A stretch of DNA of 64,000 nt from a virus, in IMG/VR virus record IMGVR_UViG_3300022699_000232, positions 10,288-74,287 of that record. One strand, 5' to 3'. Position 1 is the first letter of the stretch. Each line of letters begins with the position of its first letter. This document shows positions 45,014-54,335 of this stretch, one piece after another. Under the pieces are notes generated by a model that was not told the DNA's origin, searched no databases, and saw only the letters and a list, made by a program, of their open reading frames with translations. Both the position numbers and the translations under genes were made by a program.

Positions 45014-46981
45014 ATGTCGATCAGCGAATTTTCGATCTCTGAGGGCTCCGTTTCTGAGACGGAGGCGGGTTCCGGTGTCCTTGCCGGACCGTCGCACCAG
45101 TTCGATGCGGTGAATGTCAAGTTCCGCCACGGCGAGCGCTACATCTCGGATGCCGCAGACAAGAAGTTCTTGGGCATCCCAAGAGGTGTCTATCTCGGAT
45201 TCGTACCCTCTTTCGGCACTAACGATGTGCTTACTCTCTCGCCAGATCCCATGTTTGGCGTCTCGTTCGCTCGCGTTACGTCACAGGACGACCCGCTCTA
45301 CAGCGTGGATGTCTTCGTGCAGACAGACGTGATACTCGACTTTTCAAATCACAATGCGTTCCCTGTGAACGTCGTCTTGAAGACGCGAGGTGCTCTGGGC
45401 TTTCCTCACTCAGCCGAGATCGTGACTCAATCGGCGGCTCCTACTCAGCCGACCGAGATCTTGCTCGGCGTGGTCACGGCTCCTCAAACCATCAGCGTCG
45501 CGGAGCCGTTCAACCGCGATACGCCCTATGCCTATTCAGGCGCACCGCTCGGTTATGGGTTCATGAAGAGTAATGCGGTCGATGAGCTTCTGGCCGCCAT
45601 CGCCCTCAATGCCGAAATTGCCGACGCGCGCGTAGACCTGGCGGGGACGACTCAGGCATCCTTGGATGATCGTCTGGAGGCGGATGGTGATGCCTCTGCA
45701 ATGGCGGATCGACTGGGTAAGGAGACGCAATCCATCCTGGCGGGCGATTTCGTTCTCACCTCGCCGACCTCGGTCGTCAACATCAGCAGTGGGTTCGCTG
45801 CCTTCCATCGCAGCGCTGCCAGCCTAACACCTATCGAGGACTTCGAGGGATTCGCCTCCGAGACGCGTCCTGGTGCCGTGACGAGTGGCACTATCCCCTC
45901 TCCTTCACCAGCCGGTGCGATGACGGACAATGTTCGCAACGTCTGCGCGATCATCGATGCGACGACGCAAGCTCGAATTACCAGCGACGCGCGAGCGGTC
46001 GCGTTCGGACGTCTCAGTCTTGACGAGATCACACTATCTGGGACGGAGATCACGTTCACGAACTCCAGCACCACGGTTACCGGTGTCGGGACCCTCTTCA
46101 CATCTGAGGTGGAAGAGGGGGACATCATCCAAGACCCTGTGGGGGGCGGGCTTTACGAGGTTGCTTCGACGCCCGTCAGCGATACGTCGCTTACGCTGTC
46201 TGACCCGTTTCCAGGAACGACGACTCCTCCGGCAACGGCGCCGACGCTACGACGTCGATTCGAGTTGAACGCGCGAACGCGCACTGGGCCCGACTCAGAC
46301 ACGCCCTTCACCCTTCCGGCAAGTACGATTCGCGTCTTTTTTACGGCTTGGCGCAAGATCGAGGAGAGTCAGTTCGACTATCTGCCTTTTCTTTCCCGCG
46401 GCTTCGAAGAGGAACCGATTCCGACGGCTACGACCTCTCTCGAAGGCAAGGCGTTGCTGGCCTCCAACATCTCAGAGGGTCAAGCTGGATCTGTCTTTCA
46501 GGTGCAGCAACAAAGCGCGCAGGTCGGACCGAATCACATTCACACGATGGATTTCGATGGTGCTGTCCTCGGTGCGCCCGGCATCGCTGACATCACACAA
46601 CGTGGCCCCATCGGAGCGCCTGGACCGCCCGGCTCTGGTGGAGTTCCGGGTCCGGCAGGTCCTACCGGATCTACAGGAGTCGGTTTCACGAACTTCGATT
46701 CAGCGAATCTCTTCCGTGAGAGCGGACTCTTCCAGCACGCAGTCTTGGGGAGCGGTGCTCAGTACAGCTTTTCCACAACAATGTCTGGGACGGAGGTCTT
46801 GTTCCTGACCGGCGGTAACTCTGAATGGTACTCACCTTTCGTATTCGACTCCGACGATCATTGGCAGATTGACGACATCACCATCGTAAGTGGATTGAAC
46901 GTCCGGTTGGACGCACGCGTCCCGACCGGAAGCACTCCATCGGCTGAAGTACGTTTCTTTCTTAACGCGGCTACTAGGTAG
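45014..46981 (+). CDS. Collagen-segment fibre protein, paralog 1
   Basis: GIPRGVYLGF N-domain; ITFTNSSTTVTGVGTLF module; nine G-X-Y triplets at 46604-46684. Confidence 0.8.
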   Translation: MSISEFSISEGSVSETEAGSGVLAGPSHQFDAVNVKFRHGERYISDAADKKFLGIPRGVYLGFVPSFGTNDVLTLSPDPMFGVSFARVTSQDDPLYSVDVFVQTDVILDFSNHNAFPVNVVLKTRGALGFPHSAEIVTQSAAPTQPTEILLGVVTAPQTISVAEPFNRDTPYAYSGAPLGYGFMKSNAVDELLAAIALNAEIADARVDLAGTTQASLDDRLEADGDASAMADRLGKETQSILAGDFVLTSPTSVVNISSGFAAFHRSAASLTPIEDFEGFASETRPGAVTSGTIPSPSPAGAMTDNVRNVCAIIDATTQARITSDARAVAFGRLSLDEITLSGTEITFTNSSTTVTGVGTLFTSEVEEGDIIQDPVGGGLYEVASTPVSDTSLTLSDPFPGTTTPPATAPTLRRRFELNARTRTGPDSDTPFTLPASTIRVFFTAWRKIEESQFDYLPFLSRGFEEEPIPTATTSLEGKALLASNISEGQAGSVFQVQQQSAQVGPNHIHTMDFDGAVLGAPGIADITQRGPIGAPGPPGSGGVPGPAGPTGSTGVGFTNFDSANLFRESGLFQHAVLGSGAQYSFSTTMSGTEVLFLTGGNSEWYSPFVFDSDDHWQIDDITIVSGLNVRLDARVPTGSTPSAEVRFFLNAATR

Positions 46982-46988
46982 GAGAGCG

Positions 46989-48854
46989 ATGGCCGTCTAC
47001 CCACGCCAGGTTTTCACGCAGGAGAACGCTCTCGTTGGCTTCAACGAGGACTACAAGTCCTCTCCGCTCGGGAAGAAATTCGCCGGGCAGCCGAAGGGCG
47101 TATACGTGGGATTCGCCCCGACTACCGCTGGTTCTGTGCTGTCGCTGGAGACGGATACATCAGAGGGCTATTCGGTCGTAAAGGTCCCATCACAGGCTGA
47201 TCCAAGCGGTCTCGATATCATCACAGATCAATCCATCGCGCTTGACTTCAGCAGTCAAACCATCGGCGATTTCCCGATGCAGGTACTTGCGCGAGCAAGC
47301 TACATGGCAGACGGTAGTGTTCCGACAACAGCGGAAATCTTCTCGCGCTCGGGCAGTGCCACGCCGGCCTTCGACGAGGTGCTCATCTGCGTCGTCGATG
47401 GTCCGCCTGGAGCCATCAGCGCACGATTCGACGCATCTCTAGGTGAGCGCGATGAGCCGTTGGCGTTCTCCGGCGTCAACTTCGGCTTCATGCCTGGCGG
47501 GTCAATCGAGGATTTGCAGGCAGCGGCCGACATCGTCGACGAGGTCGTCGCCGCGAGGCAAGGGTTCGACGGGACCGACCATCCTGATCTAGATGCTCGT
47601 ATCTCCGAAGACTACAGCGCGGAGTCGATGGCGGGGCGTCTGTCGCCGCTTTTCAGAGCATTGCGCAGCAACGACTACGCGGTCTCCGCAGGCGATTCGA
47701 GTGTTGTCGTCTCCGGCTCGTTCACAGAGATCGACCGCGACTTCGGCCCGGAACTGACTCTGAGCGGGAACGGTGACGAGACGACCGTCGGCGCCGTTGC
47801 GGCGCCTAATGATTCGATCCGAAACGTTGCCATCGTCGTCGATGCCGATACGGGATACCGCCCCGTAGATGATCCGACGGATCGCCGCATCGTCTTTGCG
47901 CGTATAGAGGGTCCGAACGAGACCGCCGTTGGTGGTACGTGGACATTCACTAACGCGCTCACGGATGTAAGCGGGGCTGATGGGCAAGCAACAACCGAAA
48001 TGGAGGTTGGCGATACTATCCTCGGCGCTGACGGCAAGTACTACGAGATCGAGACGATCATCGACAACAACAACATCGAGCTTCGTACGGCTTACCAGGG
48101 TCCGACTGCGACGGTGGATACGCAGACCATCCGCCGTTGGCAACTGCGTCTGAAGAAGATCAACGACCTCAACGTAGAAGTCGATGCTTCCTTCGCATCA
48201 CAGGTTATCGTTCGATTCTTCTTCCCGGCATTCGTGTCGATGGAGCAAAGCAACTTCGACTGGAAGATGGCCATGCATACGGCAGGGGAGCGAGAGCCGT
48301 TGCCATCTGCATCTACGACTGTCCCAGGTGCCGTGAGGCTCGCTACCTCCGGCGCACGTCTCGGCGCCGTCAAAATCCAGAACGCTGGTGTACCTGTTGG
48401 CGGCGGACCCTTTCATACGATCAACTTCAGCGCTCCAAACGCCTCAGTTGTCACAGTTTCAGGGTCTCCTGGCGAGGTCGAAGTTGTTGAAATCGGTCCA
48501 CAGGGTGCTACCGGCCCCCCGGGGGCAAGCGGTGGCCCAGGTCCGCCGGGGGGCCCGGGTCCTGGTTATAGCGCCCTAAACACGTTCGAACTCAGTAGTG
48601 AGTTCGCCGGCGTTAGTGGGTCGGCTATGATGTTCTCGTTTACTCGGGATATGGGACACAACATCCGGTACTTACACGGCAATGTCGCTAGATTCCGAGA
48701 CTTCGGCTCTTTCGTTTCCACGCAAGACCCACTGGAAATTCTCGACGTCACCGCAGCTAGTGCGACGGAAGGGAAGATCGACGTCTCTCTCGGAACCTCC
48801 GGTTCCACAAACGATCATGCCGCTACACTGTTTCTTAGCTCGGCAGGTGACTAG
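46989..48854 (+). CDS. Collagen-segment fibre protein, paralog 2
   Basis: GQPKGVYVGF; eight G-X-Y triplets at 48495-48566. Confidence 0.8.
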   Translation: MAVYPRQVFTQENALVGFNEDYKSSPLGKKFAGQPKGVYVGFAPTTAGSVLSLETDTSEGYSVVKVPSQADPSGLDIITDQSIALDFSSQTIGDFPMQVLARASYMADGSVPTTAEIFSRSGSATPAFDEVLICVVDGPPGAISARFDASLGERDEPLAFSGVNFGFMPGGSIEDLQAAADIVDEVVAARQGFDGTDHPDLDARISEDYSAESMAGRLSPLFRALRSNDYAVSAGDSSVVVSGSFTEIDRDFGPELTLSGNGDETTVGAVAAPNDSIRNVAIVVDADTGYRPVDDPTDRRIVFARIEGPNETAVGGTWTFTNALTDVSGADGQATTEMEVGDTILGADGKYYEIETIIDNNNIELRTAYQGPTATVDTQTIRRWQLRLKKINDLNVEVDASFASQVIVRFFFPAFVSMEQSNFDWKMAMHTAGEREPLPSASTTVPGAVRLATSGARLGAVKIQNAGVPVGGGPFHTINFSAPNASVVTVSGSPGEVEVVEIGPQGATGPPGASGGPGPPGGPGPGYSALNTFELSSEFAGVSGSAMMFSFTRDMGHNIRYLHGNVARFRDFGSFVSTQDPLEILDVTAASATEGKIDVSLGTSGSTNDHAATLFLSSAGD

Positions 48855-48862
48855 GAGATCGG

Positions 48863-49906
48863 ATGGCCTTCGTATTCGCTGATCGCGTCAAGGAGACTTC
48901 CACTTCGGTGGGTCTTAGCAGCTTCACTCTCGATGGCGCTGCTGCCGGGTTCCGTACTTTTCAGGCTGGCGTTGGGAACGGCAATCAATGCTTCTACGCC
49001 ATCGAAAACGACAGCGACAGTACTTGGGAGGTAGGCATCGGGACTGTGAGCGGGGCGTCCTTGGCGCGAGACTCCGTCATCAGTTCTTCAAATGGAAACC
49101 TCCCGGTCAACTTCGCCGCCGGAACGAAGCAGGTGTTTGCGACCGAGGCGTCGGACTTCTTCAACAACGCGCTTGATGAGACCGCCCACGATCTTCTCGA
49201 TCACACAGGGCTTCCTGGTATTCCGGCACCGGAGAGTTTCACTTCTTCTGCTCACGCACTGACAGACCACACGGGACTTCCCGGGGTTCCGGTTGCTGAG
49301 ACGTTTACGTCCTCAGTTCACGAGTCGGTCGATCACACGGCTTCCCCTTTCGATCTGCTCGATGTTCCGGCGCACTCCTCTCTAGATCACACAGGTATTC
49401 CAGGAGTTGGTGGCAGCGAGACCTACGATCAAGCCGTTCACGATGCTGACGATCACTCCGGTGTTACGGCGATCCAACCGCCGTCCCAAGCTGAGGCTGA
49501 AGCAGGAACGGCCACGACAGCCCGTCTGTGGACTGCTTTGCGTGTTGCTCAGGCTATCGCCGCACAGACCGGACTTGAGGTCGTGGCCGACTTCTTCACC
49601 GCTGTCAACACGATCAGCATCTCGACGGGGTTTGTTCCGAAGATTGCCGTCTTCGCGGGTCGCTACGTCGGCCTAACTGGGGCACCTACAATCGGGTTCG
49701 CGCTCGGTACGGGCGGTGGAAATCAGGGTTGTACGGTGTCTGGTGGGCTGGAGGGTGTTTCTGGGTTCGTTGCCGCCGATTCCGGCGGAGACGCTGTTGT
49801 GGATGAAGCTCACGAAGTGACTACGTTCAACAACACCCAGGTGCAAGCGACTCAGACAACGGGTACTACCGCTTGGACTGGTATCGTATTCGTTCTCGGG
49901 GGCTAG
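48863..49906 (+). CDS. Tail fibre protein with five His repeats (paralog of 43932)
   Basis: MAFVFADRVKETSTSVG...WEVGIGT; SQAEAEAGTATT fibre motif. Confidence 0.82.
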   Translation: MAFVFADRVKETSTSVGLSSFTLDGAAAGFRTFQAGVGNGNQCFYAIENDSDSTWEVGIGTVSGASLARDSVISSSNGNLPVNFAAGTKQVFATEASDFFNNALDETAHDLLDHTGLPGIPAPESFTSSAHALTDHTGLPGVPVAETFTSSVHESVDHTASPFDLLDVPAHSSLDHTGIPGVGGSETYDQAVHDADDHSGVTAIQPPSQAEAEAGTATTARLWTALRVAQAIAAQTGLEVVADFFTAVNTISISTGFVPKIAVFAGRYVGLTGAPTIGFALGTGGGNQGCTVSGGLEGVSGFVAADSGGDAVVDEAHEVTTFNNTQVQATQTTGTTAWTGIVFVLGG

Positions 49907-49909
49907 TCC

Positions 49910-51838
49910 GTGGCAGGCGTTTTTCCTACCGCTTCGACACCTACTGCATCGACGTCGTCGCTCACAGCGCCGCCGCCTGGTCCCGGTACCTTCCCTTCGA
50001 TGACACTGTCGAACGAGTTTGTGAAGGTGAGGTTCTTTGAGGAGAACGCTGCTGAGGCCATCAATCGTCGCTGGCTTGGAATGCCTCGTGGCGTCTATCT
50101 AGGGTTCAACCCAAGTGTCTCTGCTGGCTCCCCTGTGCTCACACTGAGTGTTGACGCGAGCCACAATTTCTCGCTACTCAGAGTGCCCTCTGGCGTCGAA
50201 GCAGCGATGGTCGATATCTTCACAGCCTCGCCGATCACGCTAGATTTCACCGCCCACCAGGTATTTCCCGTCTACGTCCTCGCCACAGCCGATTACCGTG
50301 AGAACTCTCCTACGCAAGGACGCATCTTCACTCGTGCTGCCGGGCCCACGTCGGAGACGGAGGTACTGATCTGCATGGTCGACAAGTCCGGGGACGACCT
50401 CGTTGTTTCATCATTGTCTCCGACGACACGTCAGCCACCGGTCGCCTTCAACTCACAGCCTTACGGTTACATGCCGGCTGATTCCATTGACGACCTAGCA
50501 GCGACAAACGCTTCGGTTGCCGAGGTCATCGCCGCACGCAATTCCTCGTTCACCGGTCCGCACGCGAGCCTGGATGGTCGTATTGATGCTGACATCACGG
50601 GCGAAGCCATGGCCGACCGTCTTGGGCTACGGCTCGTTCATCTGATTTCTAATACCCATCTCCAGAGAACCGGCTCTTCGCCCAATGTTTCGGCTTCCTT
50701 CACAGAGACAGGTCGTGAGTTCGGACCCAACTTCACCATTGGAGCCGGCGGCAACGAGACTACAGAAGGTGCGGTAACCGATATCACTCGCGGGTTTTGC
50801 TTTGTGATCGATGCGCAGACGAAGAAGCGCATCGTCAGCGCTACGACCAAAGAGCCCGTATTCGGAACCCTTTCGTTCACCCAGACATCGCTTGGTGCGG
50901 GTAAGGAGATCCAGTTCACCAACGCTTCTACCGCCGTGAACGGTAACGGTACGAACCCGTTTGCTTCGCCGCTCCAAGAGGGAGATATCGTTCAAGGACC
51001 AGATGGACTCTTTTACGAGGTCGAGAGCTTCACGGATCCAGACAACGCTGTGCTGGGCGCTGCGTTCCAAGGAACCAGCGGTTCGATCACCAACTCACTC
51101 TTCAGGCGTTGGCTTCTGTTCCTTGCGACCGCGTCAGGCGGTGCCTTTTCCCTGTCATCTGCCACAGATATCCAGTTCGTCTTTCCATCGTTCTTCCGTA
51201 CTGATAGAGCCATCTTCGACGGCTACCTGCTAATCAAGCAGGATGGAGAGTCACCCTCGCTAGAGGTCGCAACTTCAACGGAAGCGGGTAAAGCACTTCT
51301 CGCTACACCTGGTGGATTAGTCGGATCAGTTCGAACCATCGAGGATTCGAATACTCCTATCGGAAACGACTTCCATACGCTCAACTTCATCTTCGGCGGC
51401 GCTACGAACGCCGGTAGTGGAGTGCTTAACGTTTCGGTTCCAGGGGCTACTGGTCCCGCAGGTACGCCATCGAATACCGGACCCCCTGGTGCAACTGGAC
51501 CTGCTGGATTCGGTTACTCGGTCAACAACTCCTTTGAGGGTTCAGCAGAGACCGGAGACACATTCACCGCGGTGGGTCCTGTTACCCTCTCGTTTACAAA
51601 CGACTGGACGTCTCCATCCTCTACACCGACGTTTGCATCCTTGTCGCCACGGTCTTACGCCCACGTAAGTGGTGGATGGGCTAAGATCAACGGATTCACG
51701 ACTGCTGGGTTCGAGCGGATTCACATTGACGAGCTAACAGACGTCGACGCTGATCGAACTCGTATCACTATTCGGATCCAGCCGGATCCTAATACGAGCC
51801 TGACGACGTTGAAAGCGTTCATGGGGGCGTCCCAGTGA
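49910..51838 (+). CDS. Collagen-segment fibre protein, paralog 3
   Basis: GMPRGVYLGF; G-X-Y run at 51443-51514 with one interrupted triplet. Confidence 0.8.
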   Translation: MAGVFPTASTPTASTSSLTAPPPGPGTFPSMTLSNEFVKVRFFEENAAEAINRRWLGMPRGVYLGFNPSVSAGSPVLTLSVDASHNFSLLRVPSGVEAAMVDIFTASPITLDFTAHQVFPVYVLATADYRENSPTQGRIFTRAAGPTSETEVLICMVDKSGDDLVVSSLSPTTRQPPVAFNSQPYGYMPADSIDDLAATNASVAEVIAARNSSFTGPHASLDGRIDADITGEAMADRLGLRLVHLISNTHLQRTGSSPNVSASFTETGREFGPNFTIGAGGNETTEGAVTDITRGFCFVIDAQTKKRIVSATTKEPVFGTLSFTQTSLGAGKEIQFTNASTAVNGNGTNPFASPLQEGDIVQGPDGLFYEVESFTDPDNAVLGAAFQGTSGSITNSLFRRWLLFLATASGGAFSLSSATDIQFVFPSFFRTDRAIFDGYLLIKQDGESPSLEVATSTEAGKALLATPGGLVGSVRTIEDSNTPIGNDFHTLNFIFGGATNAGSGVLNVSVPGATGPAGTPSNTGPPGATGPAGFGYSVNNSFEGSAETGDTFTAVGPVTLSFTNDWTSPSSTPTFASLSPRSYAHVSGGWAKINGFTTAGFERIHIDELTDVDADRTRITIRIQPDPNTSLTTLKAFMGASQ

Positions 51839-52434
51839 GGCATTATTTCGGCTACGACACCAACGGAGTGCTGCGGTCTGTTGAGGTCTACGGCCCCGCA
51901 GGTTGGCCTTCGTCCCACTGCGTGGAAGACCCTGACTGTCAGGAAGATGCTGTCACGAGTCTTCGTGAGGGCCGGGCCAACAACGCACCAGACGTAATCG
52001 ACTGGGTCCTTTTCGATTGTTCGTGCGATCCAGCACAAGGCGCGTTGCTCAAGGATTGCGTCTGCTACAACGCGGAATTTGCCGAGAGCTACGTCAACAC
52101 GCAGACCAAGACGCTCGTCAAGAAGCCTCTCCGAACTGTCCAACTCGACAATAAGACCATCTCAAACAACGAGACAATCACTCATCCTCCCGGGACGAAG
52201 GTTGTTCTCAAGATCATCTCAACGGGAATGCCGGACGGGGAGACGGCTCACTGCACCCAGAAGGGTGCTGTGGATCTAACGCTCGATGATGAGTGGGATC
52301 TCACCTTCGAGGGTGGGGTTACGGACGCGAAGACTCTCACAGCCCCGGCCCAGGGTACGAAGGGTGTTGTAGCTATCAGCGGAAAGATGATGCGCCCCAT
52401 CACGTTCTGCCTGCGCGGCTTCGAGGACGAGTGA
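51835..52434 (+). CDS. Cys-rich hypothetical protein, possibly a fibre assembly factor
   Basis: GTGA-coupled on both sides; HCVEDPDC, DCSC, DCVC. Confidence 0.65.
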   Translation: MRHYFGYDTNGVLRSVEVYGPAGWPSSHCVEDPDCQEDAVTSLREGRANNAPDVIDWVLFDCSCDPAQGALLKDCVCYNAEFAESYVNTQTKTLVKKPLRTVQLDNKTISNNETITHPPGTKVVLKIISTGMPDGETAHCTQKGAVDLTLDDEWDLTFEGGVTDAKTLTAPAQGTKGVVAISGKMMRPITFCLRGFEDE

Positions 52435-53267
52435 GCAAGATCGACGATATCCTGCCGCTTCCAGAGCAAGCAGACGTTCACCTCATCTGCCCCGATATCC
52501 TCGCCGTCAAGCGCATCGTTCCGTGGGGCGATGAACTGATTCGAGTCTCCGAGAACATCAACAAGTGGAAGCAATCCGATCAGGTTCATGCTGGTAACGC
52601 TGGGCCCGGCTACACTTCCGAGCACCGGACCAGCAGAAGCTTCTACGTCACGAGCGCTCATCCGGATTTCGGTCCGTGTCTCAGACGCTTCGAGCACGGT
52701 CTGATGCGCGCATTCCATACGGCCGCAGTTGCCTACAAGAGCTACAACTCAAGCCTCGTGGCGACCGACGACTCAGGCTACGAACTCCTTCGCTACCGCG
52801 AGGGGGAGATGTTCTCTGCGCACGTCGATACGATTGTGGGTCGCCAGAAAGCGTTTCGGCAGCTTAGCGCAGTTTGCTATCTGAATGCCGACTACAGTGG
52901 GGGCGAAACCTTCTTTCCGAGGCAGCAGGTCAAGTTCCGCCCGGAACCTGGAGACATCCTGATGTTTCCGTCTAACTTCTGCTATCCTCATGCTTCCCTT
53001 CCAGTAATCTCCGGTACCAAGTACGCTGTGGTGACGTGGTTCGTCGCCTACCCGGAGAGACCGCAAGAAGACAAGCAGGAGGTCGATGGTGAAGAGGAAG
53101 AGCCACTGGGCGCTGACGATGGTGATGATCCTGCTCCCGGTCACGAACGGGTGCGCATGGTTCGGGACGCCGCCGGAGGCGGAGCTTCTACAGGAGAACC
53201 GCAAGCATCTGGTCGAGAGCATTCGGCCTGCGCTAGTGGATGCGCTTCACAAGGCCAAGGGTCCTGA
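52431..53267 (+). CDS. 2OG-Fe(II) oxygenase, prolyl-4-hydroxylase-like
   Basis: LLRY...FSAHVD (HxD), SAVCYLNADYSGGETFF, PGDILMFPS, PHASLPVISGTKYAVVTWF (distal His and 2OG-binding Lys). Start GTG 52431 overlaps the upstream TGA. Confidence 0.9.
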   Translation: MSKIDDILPLPEQADVHLICPDILAVKRIVPWGDELIRVSENINKWKQSDQVHAGNAGPGYTSEHRTSRSFYVTSAHPDFGPCLRRFEHGLMRAFHTAAVAYKSYNSSLVATDDSGYELLRYREGEMFSAHVDTIVGRQKAFRQLSAVCYLNADYSGGETFFPRQQVKFRPEPGDILMFPSNFCYPHASLPVISGTKYAVVTWFVAYPERPQEDKQEVDGEEEEPLGADDGDDPAPGHERVRMVRDAAGGGASTGEPQASGREHSACASGCASQGQGS

Positions 53268-53427
53268 TGGAGAGCCTATCTACATCGACGCCTACCGAAC
53301 CGAGAAGGTGAACCTGCTCGACGAGATCATTCGTCAGAGCGCTCGCGTCGCTCCTACCGACGAGGATCAGGGGCAGTACACGCCGGAACCGCTTCCCTGG
53401 AAGCGCGACGGCGAGGAAGACGAGTAG
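53086..53427 (+). CDS. Putative lipoprotein
   Basis: CAGGAGG RBS; basic N-region, hydrophobic WALTMVMILLPV, then NG-C lipobox-like site (non-canonical). Confidence 0.65.
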   Translation: MVKRKSHWALTMVMILLPVTNGCAWFGTPPEAELLQENRKHLVESIRPALVDALHKAKGPDGEPIYIDAYRTEKVNLLDEIIRQSARVAPTDEDQGQYTPEPLPWKRDGEEDE

Positions 53428-53430
53428 ATC

Positions 53431-53922
53431 ATGCCGCTCGATGCTGACAAGATCCTCGCGGACCTGAAGGCTGCTGCTACCCCCGAACTGGAGAAGCGCG
53501 CCGAAGAACTGCGAGCTACGTTCCTGAAGAACGTCGACGACTTCGTTGACTCGTCTCGCGTCCACGTCCTGGATGACCTGCTCAAGAAGGCCGCCAAGTA
53601 CGAGATCTCCGCCATCACCGAAGATGATCCGGACAAGGCACGTCAGTACGCCGAGGCGGCTGAGGATGTTCTCCGCCAGGTCTCCGTGGTGCTCGTCGCC
53701 GAGAAGGTCGTCGCCGAGAAGACCGTCGCGGCCATGATCGAGCAGGCGGCGCTCACGGTCTGGGAGGGTTTCAAGTCGGCCGCCACCGGACTTCTTGGTG
53801 TGGCCGTCAAGGGGGCGATGACCGGGCTCTTGGGCTCATCGGGAGGTGCTATCGCCGACGCGGCGGGCTCCTTTCTCGGAGACGCTGTCGGAGGTGGCGG
53901 AGACGGCGACGACGCCGCCTGA
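53431..53922 (+). CDS. Helical hypothetical protein with hydrophobic Gly-rich C-terminus
   Basis: Strong codon bias; 3 nt after the lipoprotein gene. Confidence 0.7.
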   Translation: MPLDADKILADLKAAATPELEKRAEELRATFLKNVDDFVDSSRVHVLDDLLKKAAKYEISAITEDDPDKARQYAEAAEDVLRQVSVVLVAEKVVAEKTVAAMIEQAALTVWEGFKSAATGLLGVAVKGAMTGLLGSSGGAIADAAGSFLGDAVGGGGDGDDAA

Positions 53923-53950
53923 TCCGCTCGAAGGCTACAAGGAGAGAGTC

Positions 53951-54259
53951 GTGGCTAAGTTCACGGCAGCGCAAGTTCAAGAGCATGCCGAACACCTCAT
54001 GAAGGCGTTCGACGATGGCTTCCAGTGGTCCGACGTGTTCGACCTCGTTCCGAACGCAATGGAGATCGTCGAGCAAGCTGGGGGAATGACCGGCCCTGAG
54101 AAGGAAGAGTCGGCCTTGGCGATCATCGACTACGTGGTCGACAACACCAACACGCCGTGGATCCCTGACGCTCTGACGGACCCCATCATCAAGAAGGCCG
54201 CCCGCTACATGATCCCCAAGCTGATCGACGCGACGAAGGGGCGGCTGAAGATCGACTAA
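53951..54259 (+). CDS. Small helical protein (weakly holin-like GxEK motif)
   Basis: GTG 53951 after AAGGAGAG; VEQAGGMTGPEKEESALAIIDYVVD. Confidence 0.65.
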   Translation: MAKFTAAQVQEHAEHLMKAFDDGFQWSDVFDLVPNAMEIVEQAGGMTGPEKEESALAIIDYVVDNTNTPWIPDALTDPIIKKAARYMIPKLIDATKGRLKID

Positions 54260-54287
54260 GAGCCCCAGCCCCCACCTGACCAGGCTC

Positions 54288-54321
54288 CGTTGAAGGCCCT
54301 GGGTAACCAGGGCCTTCGGCG
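54288..54321. terminator. Strong hairpin with GNRA loop (terminator or processing site; no U-tract)
   Basis: GAAGGCCCTGG-GTAA-CCAGGGCCTTC perfect 11-bp stem, extendable to 15 bp with G-U pairs. Confidence 0.55.
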
Positions 54322-54335
54322 TGTACAATCCCGGT

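Noticed and set aside
52293-52430. ORF-track 5' extensions (also 53846-53950 and 7932-7997)
   Set aside because: The first two overlap upstream genes and have better downstream starts with RBS or stop-start coupling. The third adds non-homologous sequence before the patatin fold.
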